From Deltaproteobacteria bacterium (GTDB taxonomy: Bacteria; Desulfobacterota; Syntrophia; Syntrophales; UBA2210): DNA of 64,000 nucleotides. Within the stretch, counting starts at the first letter, position 1, and each line of letters begins with the position of its first letter. Of this stretch, positions 59,172 to 64,000 are shown in pieces. Position numbers and translations under genes: made by a program. The notes beneath the pieces were generated by a model, which did not search any database, was not told the DNA's origin, and saw only the letters and a list, made by a program, of their open reading frames with translations. The stretch is from the NCBI GenBank assembly GCA_016930775.1, contig JAFGGB010000011.1:11415-75414 (forward strand), in the 5' to 3' direction.

Positions 59172-59881
59172 GATTGGGGCTCCTTGCCCGGCCATGAGAG
59201 CGACGCCGTCGATGCCAGGGCCGACAGCCGTTCGCCGGCGCCACTGTCAAGGGACTGGGAATCCCAGGGAAGGGCCGCCGATAGTTTCACCTGGAAGGTT
59301 CGAGTGAAAAGATCTTCAAATTCTTCGATCGCCTTGTCGGAGTTTGATCCGAAGTAGACCATATGTTTCGATGGCGCCCAACAGACCTCGTAAACCGATG
59401 GGACCGCGGGAACGGCCGCAATAAGAGATGTGCGGACAGCTTCTTTTATATCCTGTCGTTCCGCCCGCGAGAGAGTCGACGCTTGCCGTTCATCGCGCCG
59501 CCGCTGTTCCGCTTGAAGAGTCTTCAGCCGGAGGAGAGCCGGAGGCGCCGTCTTGCGATCGATTCGCAAGGTGAAAAAAATATAATCGCCCACTGAGTAA
59601 TTCGCATAACTGAAATCGGTGTCCAGAATATTGTCGAGGCTTGTCCAGCCCAAGGATTTTTCTTCGCCTGCCTCACGGTCGTCCCTGAAGGAGAAACGTT
59701 TTATCCTCTCATCTATAAAGGCGGCGGCCTCCTGCGGCAGATCGCCGATTACATGATAGCGGGTGAATGTAAGCATTCCCTTCAGAAAACCCATGAGTTC
59801 GTCATCCTTCACTAGCGGTTTTATCCGGCGACGAACCATACCCCCTTTGCTGGGGTCTGTCAAGTCGGAGGAGAAGATCAT
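59168..59881 (-). CDS. RdgC-like recombination-associated protein, N-terminal two thirds
   Basis: The architecture matches RdgC: FxxxxxYR N-terminus, SLGWTS, LRIDRKTAPPALL, and LSRAERQDIKEAV (compare E. coli KLKKTEKDSLKDEV). The start may be the internal Met at 59794 (MGFLKG). Confidence 0.65.
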   Translation of the reverse strand: MIFSSDLTDPSKGGMVRRRIKPLVKDDELMGFLKGMLTFTRYHVIGDLPQEAAAFIDERIKRFSFRDDREAGEEKSLGWTSLDNILDTDFSYANYSVGDYIFFTLRIDRKTAPPALLRLKTLQAEQRRRDERQASTLSRAERQDIKEAVRTSLIAAVPAVPSVYEVCWAPSKHMVYFGSNSDKAIEEFEDLFTRTFQVKLSAALPWDSQSLDSGAGERLSALASTASLSWPGKEPQS

Positions 59882-60021
59882 TCTTGGGGTTTGTTATAGT
59901 ATAATATGTTGATATTATAAAACAATTAATCGATCAACCTCAATCTTTTGATATAGACAGCACTCCTGTTTTATGGTACGTAACCATGATATTTTTACCG
60001 GAACCGGTAACAGGAAGAGTC

Positions 60022-60873
60022 ATGACTGCGCCGAAATCCATCGGAATAATTGCCAATAGTGAGAAGCCTGACGCCGCCGAGTATTCCATGCGGCTTGCGC
60101 AGTGGTTGAAGGAGCGATCTGTTGAGGTTGTACTGGAGTCCGAAATCGCCGCGGTGACGGGCCAAGGGCCAGCCATGGATAGAGAAGCTCTCACCGATGC
60201 GGTGGACATGATCGTCGCTTTCGGCGGCGATGGAACTCTTCTGAGAGCCGCGCGGTCAGCCGGTCGCCGGCCAGTGCCGATAGTAGGCATTAATCTCGGC
60301 GGCCTGGGTTTCATGACGGTTGTGAATCTCAATGAACTTTTCGAAGCGATGGAATCCATAATTCGAGGCCGGTACTCCGTGTCGCGGCGCATGATGCTCG
60401 ACGTTACCGTCAAGGGAGAAACCTATACGGCGTTGAACGATGTCGTAATCGATCGCGGTCATCTCCTGAGGATGATCTACCTTGAGACCTTTATCGACGG
60501 CAAATATCTCACCATCTTCAAAGCCGACGGGCTCATCATATCGACGCCGACGGGTTCTACGGCCTATTCTCTTTCGGCGGGAGGTCCCATCGTGTTCCCG
60601 GAACTCTTGTCGATTATCATCAATCCTATCTGTCCCCACGCGCTCACCAACAGGCCGATCATGGTTCCGCCCGACGCCGTCGTTGATCTGGTGCTTCTGG
60701 CGGCCGAAGAGGGCACGAGAGTGACAATGGACGGCCAGCTTTCCTGCAGCCTGGAGACAGGAAATTCACTGAGAATTGCGAGATCCAGAGATCATATCCT
60801 TCTGGTTAATTCACCTTATCACGATTACCTGGAGATACTCCGCACAAAGCTGGGATGGGGCGGCAGGCCCTAG
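60022..60873 (+). CDS. nadK: NAD kinase
   Basis: The start is at MTAPKSIGII. GGDGTLL, NLGGLGF and STPTGSTAYSLSAGGP motifs are present. Confidence 0.9.
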   Translation: MTAPKSIGIIANSEKPDAAEYSMRLAQWLKERSVEVVLESEIAAVTGQGPAMDREALTDAVDMIVAFGGDGTLLRAARSAGRRPVPIVGINLGGLGFMTVVNLNELFEAMESIIRGRYSVSRRMMLDVTVKGETYTALNDVVIDRGHLLRMIYLETFIDGKYLTIFKADGLIISTPTGSTAYSLSAGGPIVFPELLSIIINPICPHALTNRPIMVPPDAVVDLVLLAAEEGTRVTMDGQLSCSLETGNSLRIARSRDHILLVNSPYHDYLEILRTKLGWGGRP

Positions 60874-60880
60874 AGACGCC

Positions 60881-62584
60881 ATGTTGCGCGAACTGTCGAT
60901 CAAAAATCTCGCCATCATCGATGAACTGAAGATATCCTTTATTGAAGGCATGGCTGTGATTACCGGCGAAACGGGGGCAGGTAAATCGATTATCGTCGGC
61001 GCCATAGGCCTTCTCCTCGGCGACCGTGCCTTCTCGGACATCATCAGGTCCTCGGCGGAAAATGCCGAGGTTGAGGCCTTGTTCGATATCGGCAACAATG
61101 CTTCGATCAAGGAAAAGCTGACAAACGCGGGCATCGGTGCAAACGACGAACTGGTATTGAGGCGAATAATTTCTCGGTCTGGAAAGAATCGCGTCTATAT
61201 CAACGGAACCATCGCCACATTGACCCATTTAACCTCTCTGAGCGAATCGCTGGTGAATATCTGCAGCCAGCACGAGCACCAGGTTCTGCTCAACGCCGAG
61301 AGCCACATCGACATACTGGATGAATACGCCGGAATCATGCCGGAGAGATACCGCTACGGCAGCCTCTTTGCAGATTGCCAGAAACTCCAGGCCAGGCTTG
61401 CGGAAATAGAGCGGACGAACAGAGCAAAGAAGGAGCGTGAAGACCTCCTTGCCTACCAGCTTGAAGAGATAGAGAAAAGTGGCGTTGTCCCGGGGGAAGA
61501 CACTGCCCTCGAGGAAGAAAAAAGGGTTTTGACACATGCCCTGAAACTCCGTGAGTGGTCCGAAGAGGCGTACGGGATTCTCTATACACGGGAGAATTCT
61601 ATCATCGATCGTCTCAAGGAAGTCGCGGGAAAGATCAAGTCCATCAGCGCCATCGATGGAGGATTGGGTATCGAAACAGCCCGTCTTGAAGGCATCTATT
61701 ACGATCTGGACGACATCGCGACTCTTCTCAGGGACTACGGCGCCGGCAAGGCTTACGATCCTGAACGGCTTCAGGAAATCGATGACCGTCTCGATCTGCT
61801 GCGGTCTTTGAAACGCAAATACGGCGGCTCCATAGAAGGAATTCTTGCCAGAGCGGAAGCGATCCTTCAAGAACTGGAGTCGATTTCCTTGCTCGAACGG
61901 GACCTCTCCGCGTTGTCTGTCGAACTGGACCGTTCCTCCAGGGAACTGCTGGAACAGGCCGAGAAATTGTCGCAAAAACGCCGGGAAGCGGCGAAGATGC
62001 TTGGGAGGGCGATCGAGGTGGAGATACGATCGCTGGACATGCCGGGCGCCGCTTTCGACATCCGCGTCTCGGAGATTCATAAAAGCGGCGCTGCCATCGA
62101 TTCCCTGACGGCCGCGGGAAAAGACCTGGTGGAGTTTTATCTTTCCACCAATGTGGGGGAGGCATTGAAACCCCTGAATCGGATTGCCTCGGGCGGAGAA
62201 CTGTCGCGGATAATCCTTGCCATGAAAAAGGTTCTTGCCCGGACGGGCTCGGTATCCACTATAATCTTCGACGAAGTTGACGCGGGGATAGGCGGGGCTA
62301 CGGCAGAGGCAGTGGGTCGAAAACTGAAGGAAGTGGCGCTGCATCACCAGGTTATCTGTATTACCCACTTGCCTCAAATCGCCAGTTTTGGAGAAAGCCA
62401 CTTCAGGGTGGCGAAGCGGGTGGCCGGTGACAGAACCACGACGGAAGTAACGGCCCTTGCGGAAAAGGAACGCCGGGAGGAAATCGCCCGAATGCTCGGC
62501 GGCGTTACCGTCACAGAGGCAACGAGGCAACATGCCTCGGAATTGCTGAAACAGGCACGGGAAGCCGCGAGCGGTCCTTTGTAG
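60881..62584 (+). CDS. recN: DNA repair protein RecN
   Basis: The start is at MLRELSIKNLAIID. Walker A GETGAGKS, long coiled coils, the SMC signature ASGGELSR and Walker B IIFDEVDAGIGG are present. The nadK-recN synteny is conserved. Confidence 0.9.
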   Translation: MLRELSIKNLAIIDELKISFIEGMAVITGETGAGKSIIVGAIGLLLGDRAFSDIIRSSAENAEVEALFDIGNNASIKEKLTNAGIGANDELVLRRIISRSGKNRVYINGTIATLTHLTSLSESLVNICSQHEHQVLLNAESHIDILDEYAGIMPERYRYGSLFADCQKLQARLAEIERTNRAKKEREDLLAYQLEEIEKSGVVPGEDTALEEEKRVLTHALKLREWSEEAYGILYTRENSIIDRLKEVAGKIKSISAIDGGLGIETARLEGIYYDLDDIATLLRDYGAGKAYDPERLQEIDDRLDLLRSLKRKYGGSIEGILARAEAILQELESISLLERDLSALSVELDRSSRELLEQAEKLSQKRREAAKMLGRAIEVEIRSLDMPGAAFDIRVSEIHKSGAAIDSLTAAGKDLVEFYLSTNVGEALKPLNRIASGGELSRIILAMKKVLARTGSVSTIIFDEVDAGIGGATAEAVGRKLKEVALHHQVICITHLPQIASFGESHFRVAKRVAGDRTTTEVTALAEKERREEIARMLGGVTVTEATRQHASELLKQAREAASGPL

Positions 62585-62622
62585 TCAGATGACGGTTATT
62601 GTGATCATGGTGGAAGGTTGGA

Positions 62623-63081
62623 ATGATACGAAAAGCTAAAATAAGCGATGTTAAGATAATGCACCGTCTGATCAACGAATCGGCCTCGAAGGGAGAAATG
62701 TTGCCCCGGTCGCTTATGGATCTTTTCAGCAATCTCAGAGATTTTGTCGTACATGTCGATGATGAGACGGACGAGATCGCGGGCGCCTGTGCGATGCATA
62801 TATTTTGGGAAAACCTTGCGGAAATCCGGTCGCTCTACGTTTCGCCGTCTCACCGGCGAAAGGGCATTGCCACGAGACTCGTGGAGGCATCGCTTTCAGA
62901 GGCGATCACTCTTGACCTCTTTAAGGTGTTCACGCTGACCAACCAGCCGGACTTTTTCAAGTCCGTCAACTTCCTGGAGGTTGATAAAACAGCCCTTCCG
63001 GAAAAGATCTGGTCCGACTGCTTTCGCTGTCCAAAGTATCCCGATTACTGTGATGAACACGCCATGGTGATCGATCTCTGA
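62623..63081 (+). CDS. GNAT N-acetyltransferase (short ArgA-like)
   Basis: 152 aa with the acetyl-CoA-binding motif A (LYVSPSHRRKGIATRLVE). Confidence 0.8.
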   Translation: MIRKAKISDVKIMHRLINESASKGEMLPRSLMDLFSNLRDFVVHVDDETDEIAGACAMHIFWENLAEIRSLYVSPSHRRKGIATRLVEASLSEAITLDLFKVFTLTNQPDFFKSVNFLEVDKTALPEKIWSDCFRCPKYPDYCDEHAMVIDL

Positions 63082-63118
63082 AGGAGGGCAGCTTCGAAAG
63101 GTTAAGGGTTTCCGAACT

Positions 63119-64000
63119 ATGCTGCGTATAATGCGGCCGACGAGCGCCGCAAAAATCCTGTCGATTGTTGGCATTCTTGCAATGCTGTCGGGCTGTGCCG
63201 CTGTGATTCCCCGAGCGCCGGGACCCCCGCTGTCAGTTCTTCCCGCCGACGAGATCCCCCTGCTGATCGACGAATCGGATGTATCATCCCTTGAAGATGC
63301 CATAGAACAGAGCCTTGTTTATTACGAGCGGCTTCCCAACGACAGGCTCGTGATCTTCGGGCCCCATAGCTACACTGTCGAACATCTTAAAAATTCGTTG
63401 AAGAACTTCCTGGAAATCATGCACGAAGAACTGACGCCGGAAGAGCGGCAGAAAATTCTTCAGGACCGCTTCATCGTCTACCGGAGTTCTCCTCGCAAGA
63501 ATCTCGATGGGGTTCTTTTCACGGGCTATTACGCTCCGCTTCTTCATGGTTCCAGAGTACGGACGGAAAGTAATCTCTATCCCATCTATCGAACGCCCGA
63601 CGATTATGTCGTTGCAGATCTCGGGCGGTTCAGGCCCGACCTGAAAGGCCGAACGATCGTCGGCCGAATCGAGGGAAGGACACTAATGCCCTACCATTCC
63701 CGAAGGGAAATCGACTGTGAGGGCAGACTCGAAGGGAAAAGTTATGAAATTGCATGGTTTGACGACCCCGTAGATATATTTTTTCTCCACATTCAAGGGT
63801 CGGGAATTGTCAGTTTTGACGACGGATCGACCATTGTCGTGAGCTATGACGCGGCAAACGGGAGACCCTATCGCAGTCTCGGCGGCTACTTTATCGATAG
63901 AGGCATTCTCGATTGGGAAGGGATGTCGCTTCCGGCAATCAGGCGCTATCTTTCCAAACATCCCGAGGAAATGTGGGACATACTTTCGCACAACGAGAGT
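63119..64000 (+). CDS. mltA: membrane-bound lytic murein transglycosylase A (3' end outside window)
   Basis: Not in the ORF track because it has no stop within the window. It starts at ATG 63119 and has a lipobox (LAMLSGC). FTGYYAP, LYPIY, HIQGSG and ANGRPYRS blocks are typical of MltA. The frame stays open to base 64000. Confidence 0.8.
   Translation, partial: MLRIMRPTSAAKILSIVGILAMLSGCAAVIPRAPGPPLSVLPADEIPLLIDESDVSSLEDAIEQSLVYYERLPNDRLVIFGPHSYTVEHLKNSLKNFLEIMHEELTPEERQKILQDRFIVYRSSPRKNLDGVLFTGYYAPLLHGSRVRTESNLYPIYRTPDDYVVADLGRFRPDLKGRTIVGRIEGRTLMPYHSRREIDCEGRLEGKSYEIAWFDDPVDIFFLHIQGSGIVSFDDGSTIVVSYDAANGRPYRSLGGYFIDRGILDWEGMSLPAIRRYLSKHPEEMWDILSHNES

Overview
This is a 64 kb chromosomal window from a Gram-negative bacterium. 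LptF/LptG, LpxH and an MltA lipoprotein are present. The gene content (sigma54 enhancer-binding protein, DUF3365-type haem sensor, pyruvoyl arginine decarboxylase, W/Mo transport, radical SAM enzymes) suggests an anaerobic Deltaproteobacteria/Thermodesulfobacteriota-like organism, but that is inference only. All family calls come from motifs I recognise in the supplied translations; no database search was possible.

Layout:
- 1-5.0 kb: tail of a SPASM radical SAM maturase, then a minus-strand trehalose operon (DUF-like protein, treT, otsB, otsA).
- 5.1-8.9 kb: decayed DNA. It holds a truncated paralog of the ATP-grasp gene found 3.6 kb downstream, one intact orphan gene with a strong terminator, an orphan second terminator, and a frameshifted HTH/periplasmic-binding-domain regulator.
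- 9.1-15.4 kb: a visibly AT-richer glycosylation module (ATP-grasp, GT2 polyprenyl-phosphate glycosyltransferase, WecE/ArnB-type aminotransferase, GT-C membrane glycosyltransferase fused to TPR).
- 15.6-18.5 kb: head-to-head truncated MBL hydrolase and tupB-like permease, a tupC-like ATPase with an in-frame TAA, and an intact Mop.
- 18.9-28 kb: signalling genes (haem-PAS-GGDEF, receiver remnant with an in-frame TAA, HK plus receiver-cyclase), a small lipid-like cluster and initiator tRNA-Met.
- 28-33.5 kb: pdaD-speB, lpxH, a PHP hydrolase, lptFG.
- 33.7-42 kb: TctC-type binding protein upstream of a Cache-like PAS-GGDEF sensor, a 603-aa unknown protein, ino1, an EEP hydrolase.
- 42.1-57.5 kb: the most coherent candidate system. 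An ~11.6 kb minus-strand operon (amidohydrolase, KamA-family radical SAM aminomutase with a long N-extension, M20 peptidase, signal-less GGT, five-gene Dpp/Gsi-type peptide importer) sits behind a consensus sigma54 promoter. It diverges from a second sigma54 promoter driving a GGT paralog and a sigma54 activator.
- 57.6-64 kb: MBL hydrolase, an RdgC homolog split into two ATGA-coupled ORFs, nadK-recN, a GNAT, mltA (3' end outside the window).

I found no CRISPR array, rRNA, transposase or integrase. The density of truncated or interrupted genes between 5 and 21 kb is notable.
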